Source: Felis catus (taxonomy: Eukaryota). Taken from it: a stretch of DNA of 64,000 nt. Shown in pieces: positions 38,453 through 50,735 of the stretch. Where the stretch lies: contig NC_058368.1 in NCBI RefSeq assembly GCF_018350175.1, positions 141,424,001-141,488,000 of the forward strand. Direction: 5' to 3'. The translations under genes and the position numbers were made by a program. The notes below the pieces were generated by a model. The model searched no databases. It saw only the letters and a program-made list of their open reading frames with translations, and was not told the origin of the DNA. Numbering within the stretch: the stretch's first letter is position 1; each line of letters opens with the position of its first letter.

Positions 38453-40745
38453 TGACACAAAAACTCCACCCAGAAAAGTGTTCCCATGTCTCCCTAGATA
38501 AAAATAAGCAAACCTAAAAAATCTAATCTCTCAGGCACAGCTATTTGATACTTAATGCTATTGAAAATTAATACTTGCTAATATATGATTTTTACTTGGG
38601 CCTGATTTCTCTCAGGCTCTTCATCATGATCTGTCTTATTTGAATGTTTCTTTAGAGGTGAATATTAACCACAGATTTATGTGCTTTCTCATGAAAATAT
38701 ATAACACAAATGTCTATTATTACTTACTATCAATGATTATCATTGTCACTATAATCATTATATGATTAAAAGATGATTGTTTTCATTCAATGGGGAAAAG
38801 TACAGGCATTGAAGACAGCTGCTTACAAATAAAACCAAAATGTATTGCTTGGAAAAAGCAACACTTATCAAGAAGGTGGGAGGGGAGAGGTTATACTTTA
38901 CTATATTATGTCATATAATGTGTAATACAGATGTTGCCAATTTTACATTAGTCATTCTAATCCACAGTGCTAAAATTTTACATAAGTATAATTAAGCCAT
39001 TTTTTAAAAAAAATATGTAATTGCAAATTCTTAAAATCTAAGGATTTAAAGGTATGAATTCCAAATCAGAGAACTTAGTTTGGCACTTTTGATTCAAATT
39101 ATCATTTAGCTGAGATAAATAGTTAAGGATCTTTTAAAATCACATTATTTAAGACATAAGCAAGCTCTAAAAATAATAAAATCATTTGTTAAAAACTGCA
39201 GCTACATCTTCCTTAGCCATCCGTCTCTTCAAAGAGTAAATTAATTGTTCCAATCTAGTAAGCAACAAAAGAAATCGTCGACAAAGGGTGAAATATGAAC
39301 ATCAATGGTAAGTTTTGAATTTACCCTATTTATCTTGAATGTAAGATCTCATGACCCACTAAAACTCAGTTCACAGTGTTTTATGAAAAATAATGGCTGA
39401 AATTGAATGTCTTAATTTACATTTAATGCAATTAAGAATGGTTTAAATTATGACTGATGAACAGCACACACAGATGTCAGTCAGTTTCATCAGAATAAAT
39501 TGAAGTCAGTGTCAATGAATGCTCTGCTGATAAATCCCACTTTACATAAAATTAATAAAAATAAGGAAATATAGTCCTTAACTAATTGCAAAATGGTCTA
39601 GAATTCCCCTGAATTTGGTGGGGAAACTTATGTAACTGAGAAAACCACAGTATTGTTTGGAAAAGGTGTTGCTTTTAATAGTCAGTGCCTCTATCAGCAA
39701 AGAACCCAAGAGTTATAGGATATAAACTTCTAATGTGAATTATGAAAATATTTGTAGTAGGAGGCAAAAAGAAAAAAAAGAGGAGGAGGAAAAGCAGAAA
39801 TTGTAATAACACTTGTAAAATAAATGCCTTTGGCAGCACTTATTTCAGGTGGCTGCACTGCCAAGTTTCCAGTCTAAAGCACAATACTGGATTCACATCT
39901 TGGTTTGTAAGTCTTCTCCAGTTTTTGCTGGAAATGATGCTCTCCCACTTCCATGTTTTAATGCCAAGCTAGAAAGACTGTGGAATGGACTGCTGACTGG
40001 ATTCTTAGCTTGCAAAGAGCACTCTCTTCTTCCATGGTAGACTCTGAAGCTTTGTGGATTGGAGCAGATGTTGCTGCTTTTGAAGTTAATAGAAACTTTA
40101 TGGACCATTTTTCACTCTCTCTTCCAGGAGCAAATGTCAACCATAGTTTTTATCAAAACCTGAATTCTTGGCTCAAGTACTAATTGCTGTTAATGTGTTT
40201 AAATCCCAATTCTCAGTGAAAGGGGTAACAGTGTTTTACCAATGGAAAAACTGGGTTAATATTTGCATTCTTAGTGCCTGAATAAGCAAGAAAAATGCTA
40301 GGCTTCTCAGCCACACAATTTTGCAAGCAACCACGGAAGGCCTAAACACCAAGTTTCTCTAAGTTCTCTGGGTTAGTGTGTTTGAGATGAAAATGGATAT
40401 TGAAAATTCAAAGAATATGGAAAATTGTCAAGTAAGACAGGCTAAGAAGATGACAAGGTTCACCTCATAAAACTATAATAATAACAACAGCAGCCACCCT
40501 TCCTATTACTATTTGTACAGCACTTTAGAACTAATAATATACTTCAATTGTGAGACACAGTTTTTTTTAATGTCATTCTACCCATTTCACATCTGAGTGA
40601 AATACTCAGAAATTAAGAGATATACATAGGTATGAAACAGCAAAGCTCTTTGACTCCAAATCTTGTGTTCAATTTTTTTACATATATCTGCTCTAGCTAC
40701 ATGACTTCATAGCAACTTAAAAAACTCTCAAGAGTATTCAGTAGT

Positions 40746-41658
40746 CAAATAGCCAACAAACACATGAAAAAGTGCTCAGAATCACTAATCATTAGGGGAA
40801 TGCAAATCAGAACCACAATACCACCTCACAACTATTAGAACAACAATTATCAAAAACAAATGTGAGCAAAATGTGGAGAAAAGAGAACTTTTGTCTATTG
40901 TTGGTGGGAATGTAAACTGATACAGTCATTATGGAAAAGAGTATAGGGGGTCCTCAAAAAATTAAAAATAGAGCTTTCTTATGGTCCAACAATTTCACTT
41001 CTGGGTATATGTCCCAAGTAAAGGAAGTCACTATCTTGAAGAGATAGCTTCAATGAACCTCATGTTCATTCACAATAGCTAAGACATGGAAACAACTTTA
41101 GTATCTGCCAATGGACAAATGGATAAAGAATATGTGGTTACATGTACACAATGGAATAATACTTGACATAAAAAAGAAGGAAATTCTGCCAAAACTTGAA
41201 GGCATTACACCAAATGAAATACTTCAGACAGAGAAAGACAAATACTATATAATCTCACTTACATGTAGAATATAAAAAAATTGAACTCAAAAACAGAGTA
41301 GATTGGTAGTTTTGAGGAACAGGGAGAACAGGGAAAATTGGTGATAGTTATCAAAGAGGACAACTTTGAGTTATAAGATAGATAATATTCTAACTCAAGA
41401 TATAACGTGAGGATCTAATGTGCAGCATGGTAACCATAGTTAACAATACTGTACTGTATATTTCAAAGTTGCTACAAGAGTAAATCTTAAAATTTCTTAC
41501 CACAAAAAAAAAAGGCAATTACGTGAAGTGATGGATGTGTTAACTAACCTCATTGTGGTAATCATTTCTCAATATGTATATGTATCAAATCAACACACTG
41601 TACAGCTTAAAGTTACACAACATTCTATCTCAATAACACTGGGAAAATTTATATAAAA
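40746..41658 (+). mobile_element. 5'-truncated L1 (L1MA-like 3' end)
   Basis: ORF2-end and 3'UTR motifs; TSD AAGA(G/A)TATTCAGTAGT at 40730-40745 and 41659-41674. Confidence 0.92.
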
Positions 41659-41721
41659 AAGAATATTCAGTAGTTGTTGCTACTATGTAAGAGCTATAAC
41701 CATTAAAAATGTTAGTTCAAG

Positions 41722-43558
41722 AATTCAGGCCAACATGGCAGAGAAGTAGGGGGAATCCATACTTCCCACGTCTCTCAAACAAAGAAGCGTAGAAGCCAAA
41801 GGACTTTGAACACCAGAGCCTGGGAGGAGAAGAGACCGAATCTACTAGAAAGAAAATGGGAAAGCTGGAAAAAAGACAGGTGGGTGACTGTGAACTGGGG
41901 GAGACAAAAAAAAGGCCGCGTGGGCATGGAGGGGAGGGACCCCCTTCTGCGGAGACACAAAGGGAAGAGAAAGGGCGGTTAGGAAAGTGCAGGAGCATAT
42001 CTGGACAGGAGAAAGACCTGGGACTGAGACAGAGGGATCCGATCTCTAACTGTGGGGCTTTCTTCGGACTGGGGCTGGCTCCCGGTTCACTCACCTGGGG
42101 AGGAGGAGAGCCAGCCCTGGGTGCGGTGGTGGTCAGGGGCTCAGTGGTTCCCTGGAGAAAGTGGTTCCCTCCCTGGAGGGCTGCGCAGTAATACAGAACT
42201 TGCCTGCATCCACCACCCCCCAGGCGCAGTGGCTGGACTGAGGGCGCAGTCTGCAGGAGGAAAAGGCAGCTGTCTCCCCTGGAGTGCTGTGGGAAAAGAC
42301 AAAGGCTGCCAGCATCTGCCACCCCCAGAGGCTCGCGGTGAGGGTGGCCGCACTTAGTCCGCAGTAGAAGGTGGTCCTCCCTGAAGTGTGGCTACACCGA
42401 CAAAGCCAGCCAGGACCACATATCGGTTGCACTGAGAGGCGCTTCCCCAGTGTCAGAGCCCACGGAGTAGGACTTTGAATCCTAGCCAAGCGCAGAGTCA
42501 GGGGAGTTGGCAGAGCAAGAAGGACCGCCTGGTCTGTGCCCACAGCACAGTGAGGACGACTCAAAGGGAGTCCACCAGGTCCGGCTCTGTGGAGAAGAGA
42601 CTGGGGGATCACCATTCCCCCCAACCACCACCACCAAGGCGGGGCCTCAGGGATCAGTGCCAGAGCCCATAGTGGAGGTGGGTTCAGAATATGCCAAACC
42701 ACGCCCCTTTGCCTGGGTAATTGCATATCCACCAGACCGGCACAGACCCTGTGGACAGCTACTACCTACAAGCGATACAGCATTGCCTAGATTAACTCTA
42801 GGTCAATTCTGGATATATAGATATATTCTCCCACCACCCCACCCCCCCCATTTCACCTCCTTATCTCTTCCCTCCCCTAGGTTGGTTACTCTGGTTATTG
42901 GTCTGTCTAAACAGACATATTTAATCCATTTTCTTGATACAAGTTCTACACCTCCTGCTTTACACTCCTTTCTCTCTCTCTGGAATAATCAAGCCATATA
43001 GTTTCTCTGTCTGGGTAACTTTATCTTCATTTCATTTTCCCCGCCTCCTTCTTTAGTTTCCTCTCTCTCTGGATTAAGCCTTTTAGTCTCTCTGCCTAAT
43101 CAATGTTTATTTTTTGTTCCCCCCCCCCACCCCACTCCTGTCATTTCACTCTTTGTATGTGCTCTTCCATCAGCACTGCCTGCACCCTCTTCTTTACTTG
43201 TAGTTGTTTTTGAGTTTTTTGTTTTTTAGTCTTTAGTTTTTTATTTTTATTTGTTTGTTTGTGTTATTTGTTTGTGTGTTTGCGTGTTTTTGTCTCCTGT
43301 TTGTCTGTTTTCCTTTACAGGGCTACTCAAGGAACAAATCAAAGCACACCTGGTGGAGGGTCCAAAATGTCACTATGAGTAGGGTAATGAAATGACCAAA
43401 GTCATAACAACAGAGAGCAAATAACAGTCTCCAAAAAAACACCTCCTGAAGGGCCAGGCCCTGGACAGTGTATGACCCTCCTTTAATATAGCATTGCTTG
43501 CAGGTGCAGAGCACACAACAAGCTTTTAAAACACATAAGGGACAGAAAACTAGCCAAA
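41722..43558 (+). promoter_or_regulatory. L1 5'UTR / internal promoter
   Basis: YY1-like CAACATGGC at 41731-41739; GC-rich 41900-42750 followed by a pyrimidine-rich tract. Confidence 0.7.
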
Positions 43559-44418
43559 ATGATGAAACGGAAGAATTCTCTTCAAAAGAAATTCCAGGAA
43601 GTAGTGACAGCTAAAAAACTGATCAAAACCAATTTAAGCAATATAATGGAACAAGAATTTAGAATAATAGTCATAAAATTATCGCTGGGCTTGAAAAAAG
43701 CATAGAGGACAGCAGAGAATCTATTGCTAGAGATCAAGGGACTAAAAAATAGTCATGATGAATTTAAAAATGCTATAAATGAGATGCAAAATAAAATGGA
43801 GGCAGAGGGGAGAATAGGTGAATTAGAAGACAAAATTATGGAAAAAAGAGGAAGCTGAGAAAAAGAGAGAAAAAAATCCAGGAGCACAAGGGGAGAATCA
43901 GAGAACTAAGTGACACAATCAAATGGAAAAACATCTGTATCATATGAATTCCAGAAGAAGAAGAGAGAGAAAGGGGCTGAAGGTGTACTTGAACAAATCA
44001 TAGCTGAGAACTTTCCTGATCTGGGGAAGAAAACACGCATTGAAATCCAAGAGGCACAGAGAACTCCCTTTAGACATAACTTGAATTGATCTTCTGCACG
44101 ACATATAGTGAAACTGGCAAAATACAAGGATAAAGAGAGAATTATGAAAGCAGCTAGGAGTAAACGTGCCTTAACATACAAAGGTAGACACATAAGGTAG
44201 TAGCAGACCTATCTAATGAAACTTGGCAGGGCAGAAAGGAATGGCAGGAAATCTTCAATGTGATGAACAGAAAAAATACGCAGGCAAGAATCCTTTACCT
44301 AGCAAGTCTGCCATTCAGAATAGAAGGAGAGATAAAGGTTTTCCCAAACAAACAAAAACTGAAGGAATTCATCACCATTAAACCAGCCCTACAAGAGATC
44401 CTAAGGGGGACTCTGTGA
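43559..44418 (+). pseudogene. L1 ORF1p, frameshifted
   Basis: Starts MMKRKNSLQKKFQE, ends ..ALQEILRGTL*; several frameshifts and stops. Confidence 0.9.
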
Positions 44419-44486
44419 GTTAAATGTTGCAAAGACAACAAAGTACCAGAGACACCACTATAAGCATGAAACCTACAGATATCACA

Positions 44487-47400
44487 ATGACTCTAAACCC
44501 ATATTTTTCAATAATAACACTGAATGTAAATGGACTAAATACTCTAACCAAAAGACATAGGGTATCCAAATGGATAAAAACATAAGACCCATCTATTTGC
44601 TGTCTACAAGACACTCATTTTAGACCTGAGGACACCTTCACATTGAAAGTGAGGGGTTGGAGAACTATCTATCATGCTACTGGAAGTCAAAAGAAAGCTG
44701 GAGTAGCCATACTTATATCAGACAAACTAGACTTCAAATTAAAGGCTGTAACAAGAGACGAAGAAGGGCATTGTATAATAATTTCAGGATCTATCCATCA
44801 GGAAGAGCTAACAATTATAAATGTCTATGCACCGAATACGAGAGCCCCCAAATATACAAAACAATTAATCACAAACATAAGCAACCTTATTGATAAGAAT
44901 GTGGTAATTGCAGGGGACCTTAATGCCCCACTGACAACAATGGATAGATCATCTACACAAAATCAATAAAGAAACAAGGGCCCTGAATGATACATTGGAT
45001 CAGATGGACTTGACAGATAAATTTATAACTCTGCATCCCAAAGCAACAGAATATACTTTCCTCTTGAGTGCATAGGGAACACTCTCCAAGATAGATCACA
45101 TACTGGGCCACAAAACAGCCCTTCATAAGTATAAAAGAATTGAGATCATACCATGCACACTTTCAGATCATAATGCTATGAAACTTGAAATCAACCACAG
45201 GAAAAAGTCTGGAAAACCTCTAAAAGCATGGAGGTTAAAGAACACCCTACTAAAGAATGAATGCATCAACCAGGCAATTAGAGAAGAAATTTAAAAATAT
45301 ATGGAAACAAATGAAAATGAAAATACAACAATCCAAATGCTTTGGGATGCAGCGAAGGCAGCCCTGAGAGGAAAATACATTGCAATCCAGGCCTATCTCA
45401 AGAAACAAGAAAAATCCCAAATACAAAATCTAACAGCACACCTAAAGGAAATAGAAGCAGAACAGCAAAGACACCCCAAACTCAGCAGAAGAAGAGAAAT
45501 AATAAAGATCAGAGCAGAAATAAACAATATAGAATCTAAAACAGAAATAAACAATACAGAATCTATAGAGCAGATCAATGAAACCAAGAGTTGGTCTTTT
45601 GAAAAAATAAACAAAATTGATAAACCTCTATGCAGGCTTCTCAAAAAGGGAGAAGACCCAAATAGGTAAAATCATGAATGAAAATGGAATTATTACAACC
45701 AATCCCTCAGACATACAAGCAATTATCAGGGAATACTATGAAAAGTTATATGCCAACAAACTGGACAATCTGGAAGAAATGGACAAATTCCTAAGCACCC
45801 ACACACTTCCAAAATTCAAACAGGAAGAAATAGAAAATTTGAACAGACCCATAAACAGTGAAGTAATTGAATCAGTTATCAAAAATCTCCCAACAAATAA
45901 GAGTCCAGGACCAGATGGCTTCCCAGGGGAGTTCTACCAGACGTTTAAAGCAGAGATCATACCTATCCTTTTCAAGCTGTTTCAAAAAACAGAAAGGGAA
46001 GGAAAACTTCCAGACTCATTCTATGAAGCCAGCATTACTTTGACTCCCAAACCAGACAGAGACCCAGCAAAAAAAGAGAACTACAGGCCAATATCCCTGA
46101 TGAATATGGATGCAAAAATTCTCAACAAGATGCTAGCAAATCGAATTCAACAGCTTAAAAAAAAGAATTATTCACCATGATCAAGTGGGATTCATTCCTG
46201 GGCTGTAGGGCTGGTTCAAAACTCGCAAATCAATCACTATGATACATCACATTAATAAAAGTAAAAATAAGAACCATATGATCCTGTCAATTGATGAAGA
46301 AAAAGCATTTGACAAAATTCAGCATCCTTTTTTAATAAAAACCCCCGAGAAGGTCAGGATAGAAGGAACATACTTAAACATCAAAAAAGCCATTTATGAA
46401 AAGCCCACAGCTGATATCATCCTCAATGGGGAAAAACTGAGAGCTTTCCCCCTGAGATGAGAAACGCGACAGAGATGTCCACTCTCACTGTTATTGTTTA
46501 ACATAGTGTCGGAAGTTTTAGCATCAGCAATCAGACAAAAAAAAGGAAATCAAAGGCATCAAAAATTGACAAAGATGAAGTCAAGCTTTCATTTTTTGCA
46601 GATGACATAGTACTATACATGGAAAACCCGATAGATTCCACCAAAAGTCTTCTAGAACTAACACATGAATTCAGCAAAATCGTAGAATACAAAATTAATG
46701 TACAGAAATCAGTTGCATTTTTATACACTAATAATGAAGCAACAGGAACAAAAATAAAGAAACTGATCCCATTCACAATTGAACCAAGTATCATAAAATA
46801 CCTAGGAATAAACCTAACCAAAGATGTAAAAGATCTGTATGCTGAAAACTATAGAAAGCTTATGAAGGAAACTGAAGAAGATACAAAGAAATGGAAAAAC
46901 ATTCCATGCTCATGGACTCGAAGAATAAATATGGTTAAAATGTCCATACTACCCAAAGCAATCTACACATTCAATGCAATCCCAATCAAAATAGCACCAG
47001 CATTCTTCTCAAAGCTAGAACAAGCAATCCTAAAATTTGTATGGAACCACAAAAGACCCCGAATAACCAAAGTAATATTGAAGAAGACCAAAGCGGGAGG
47101 CATCACAATCCCAGACTTTAGCCTCTACTACGAAGCTGTAATCATTAAGACAGCATGGTATTGGCACAAAAACAGACACATTGACCAATGAAATAAAATA
47201 GAGACTCCAGAATTGGACCCACAAAAGTATGGCCAACTCATCTTTGACAAAGCAGGAAAGAATATCCAATGGAAAAAAGACAGTCTCTTTAACAAATGGT
47301 GCTGGGAGAACTGGACAGCAACATGAAGAAGAATGAAACTAGATCACTTTCTTACACCATTCACAAAAATAAACTCAAAATGGATGAAGGACCTAAATGT

Positions 47401-48329
47401 GAGACAGGAAGCAATCAAAAACCTAGAAGAGAAAGCAAGAAACAACCTCTTTGATCAGCTGCAGCAATTTCTTACTCAACACAACTCCAAAGGCAAGGGA
47501 ATTAAAAGAAGAAATGGACTATAGGTACCTCATCAAGACAAAAAGCCTCTGCACTGCAAAGGAAACAATCAACAAAACTAAAAGGCAACCAATGGAATGG
47601 GAAAAGATATTTGCAAATGACATATCAGATAAAGGGCTAATAACCAAAATCTATAAAGAACTCACCAAACTCCACACCCGAAAAACAAATAATCCAGTGA
47701 AGAAATGGGCAGAAGACATGCCCAGGAGACATGAATAGACACTTCTCTAAAGAAGACATCCAGATGGCCAACAGGCACATGAAAAGATGCTCAACGTCAC
47801 TCCTTATCAGGGAAATACAAATCAAAACCACACTGAAATACCACCTCACGCCAGAGTGGCTAAAATGAACAAACCAGGAGACTATAGATACTGGCGAGGA
47901 TGTGGAGAAATGAGAACCCTCTTGCACTGCTGGTGGGAATGCAAACTGATGCAGCTGCTCTGGAAAACAGGGTGGAGGTTCCTCAAGAAATTAAAAATAG
48001 ATCTACCCTATGACACAGCAATGACACTGTTAAGAATTTACCCAAGGGATACAGGAGTACTGATGCATACAGGCACTTGTACCCCAATGTTTACAGCAAC
48101 ATTTTCAACAATAGCCAAATTATGGAAAGAGCCTAAATGTCCATCAACTGATGAATGGATAAAGAAGATGAGGTTTATATATACAATGGAATACTACTTG
48201 GCAATGAGAAAGAATGAAATATGGCCTTTTGTAACAACACGGATGGAACTGGAGAGTGTTATCCTAAGTGAAATAAGTCAGGCAGAGAAAGACCGATACC
48301 ATATGTTTTCACTCATATGTGGATCCTGA
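44487..48329 (+). pseudogene. L1 ORF2p (endonuclease, reverse transcriptase, Cys-rich), disrupted
   Basis: [53 protein letters not shown] at 46595-46606; HCWWECKL; many stops and frameshifts. Confidence 0.96.
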
Positions 48330-48554
48330 GAAACTTAACAGAAGACCAGGGGGCAGGGGAAGGGGGAAAAAAAAGAGAGGGAAGGAGGCAAACCATAAGA
48401 GGCTCTTAAATACTGAGAACAAAGTGAGGGTTGATGGGGGCTGGGGGAGAGGGGGAAATGGGTGATGGGCATTGATGAGGGCACCTGTTGGGATGAGCAC
48501 TGGGTGTTGTATAGAAACCAATTTGACAATAAATTACATATAACAAAAATTTAA

Positions 48555-48591
<37 letters not shown>

Positions 48592-48602
48592 TGTTAGTTC
48601 AA

Positions 48603-48815
48603 GGGGCTCCTGCATGGCTCAGTCTATTAAGCATCTGACCTCGGCTCAGGTCATGATCTCATGGTTCATTAGTTTGAGCCCTGCATCAGGCTCTGTGCTA
48701 ACAGCTTGGAGCCTAGAGCCTGCTTCAGATTCTTTGTCTCCCTCTTTCTCTGCCCCTCCCCTGCTCGCACTCTGTCTCTCTCTCTCTCTCGAAAATAAAT
48801 AAACATTAAAAAAAG
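48603..48815 (+). mobile_element. Can-SINE abutting the L1 3' TSD
   Basis: GGGGCTCCTGCATGGCTCAGTC head, CT tract, A tail. Confidence 0.95.
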
Positions 48816-50073
48816 TGTTTTTAATTCAGGAGAGTTTAGTTCAAGAGGGTTTTATTGTCTTGTTTCATGTTGTCACTTCATGGCCCTTTGGATCGAGGAT
48901 TTTAAATCCAATTTAGAACTCCTAATATCTGATAAAGAGCATTGAGTAATTATAAGCATTTCCTAGTGACAATTTCTACCTAGCCATTTCCAAATTTCCT
49001 GATCCAGTTTGACAGTAAATGAAGACCAGTCTTGTGAGTAAATAAGAAATCAGTCCTCAGAAGTACTGAAAACTTTGCCTATCAAGAAACATCTTCTCTT
49101 GCTATTCTGAAATTTTACCCTTTCAGAAACATTTACTTGAGGCAAGGCAAAGTTTCCCAAAGCAGCCAATTTCATTTTTAAAATCCCTCAAGCTAGTTTC
49201 TTGGCATTTATTTGACCAAAATACCTGCTGACAATTTTTTTCAGTAGCAATATTTGATTTTCACTGTGTATCTCTTCATTTATATTAATTCAGCCCCAAA
49301 AATGATATAGAAAACATGATCCCTTTATTGCACAAAGGAGCGAGCAGTTCCTGTGTATTTCCTGTGTTTTTTTTTCCTGTCTACTAGTCTTCCTGTCCTG
49401 TCATACCAATTAAACTAAAAAAGCACTTACTAACAATTGTACTTTGTGCCACATAACCACTGTGTTGATGTCAATGTCCTCAAAGAACTTAAAATCAGAG
49501 GTCCCTTCCTATCAAGGATAGAGTTGTTTCCACAACTTTTGCTTAGCTACCTGCAAGGTTTAGGTGGTCCAGAAACTCATGGAATATTAAGACTAAACCA
49601 GGCATAAGTCAAGTACCTGTCATCATCTACTCCAAGATTCTCCCCATCTGATGAGTTTTTCAGAACTTTACCTGAATATCAAAGACACCATTCAACTATT
49701 ACAGATTATTCAACTTTACCCCTAATTCTAAACTTGCAAAAAGAGACTCACAGAAGAATTAAACATGCAACTTATCCCAATTACTAACGTGATAGATCTC
49801 CGCCATACCAACTTTTCATGGGGCCTCCTTCCTATAAGCTGGGAAACTGGTCTATAAGCAGGCACAGAATTTCCAACTAATCCCTGCCCAGCACTGACTC
49901 CAAAACTCAGAAGTGCATTTCAGCAGTGTTTTAGGAAGTAGGAAGGATGGCTGGGGAGTGGAGAGGGGCAAGATTAAAGAGACTGATTTGAGACATTTTC
50001 ATCAGAACTAGATATGGTCCAGGCAACATCAAACACACTGTCCTTCCCCTTTCCTATACCTCAACCTCAATAC

Positions 50074-50475
50074 TTTTTTTTTAACATTTATTTATTACTG
50101 AGGGACAGAGACACACAGAGCATGAATAGGGGAGGAGCAGAGAGAGGGGGAGACACAGAATCCGAAGTAGGCTCCAGACTCTGAGCTGTCAGCACAGAGC
50201 CCGATGTGGGGCTTGAACTTACAGACTGTGAGATCATGACCTGAGCCGAAGTCAGTCGCTTAACCAACTGAGCCACCCAGGCGCCCCATACCTCTCCTTT
50301 TTAAATTTATTTATTTATATTTGAGAGAGAGAGAGTAAATGAGGGAGGGGTAGAGAAAATGTGAGACAGAGAATCCCAAGCAGGCCAGACGCAGGACTCA
50401 AACTCACAGTGAGATCATGACCCGAGCCATAATCAAGAGTGAAACGCCCAACCAACTGAGCCACCCAGGAGCCCC
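50074..50475 (-). mobile_element. Two tandem Can-SINEs (50074-50287 and 50298-50475)
   Basis: Two reverse-complement SINE bodies, each ending CACCCAGG(C/A)GCCCC. Confidence 0.93.
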
Positions 50476-50520
50476 AGCCTCAACACCTCTTTGAGCAGCA
50501 TTTGAATGAGTTTGTGGATT

Positions 50521-50735
50521 GGGGCGCCTGGGTGGCGCAGTCGGTTAAGCATCCGACTTCAGCCAGGTCACGATCTCGCGGTCCGTGGGTTCGAGCCCCG
50601 CGTCAGGCTCTGGGCTGATGGCTCAGAGCCTGGAGCCTGTTTCCGATTCTGTGTCTCCCTCTCTCTCTGCCCCTCCCCATTCATGCTCTGTCTCTCTCTG
50701 TCGCAAAAATAAATAAACGTTGAAAAAAAAATTTT
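50521..50735 (+). mobile_element. Young SINEC_Fc
   Basis: CpG-rich; TSD TGAATGAGTTTGTGGA. Confidence 0.97.

Larger units (their letters stand above)
41722..48587 (+). mobile_element. Full-length, inactivated felid/carnivore LINE-1 (about 6.9 kb)
   Basis: GC-rich 5'UTR, ORF1, ORF2, 3'UTR, AATAAA and (AAT)n tail; perfect 16-bp TSD AAAATGTTAGTTCAAG at 41706-41721 and 48588-48603. Confidence 0.98.

Noticed and set aside
44487..48329. Potentially active L1
   Set aside because: Multiple premature stops (first at about 44583) and frameshifts in both ORFs
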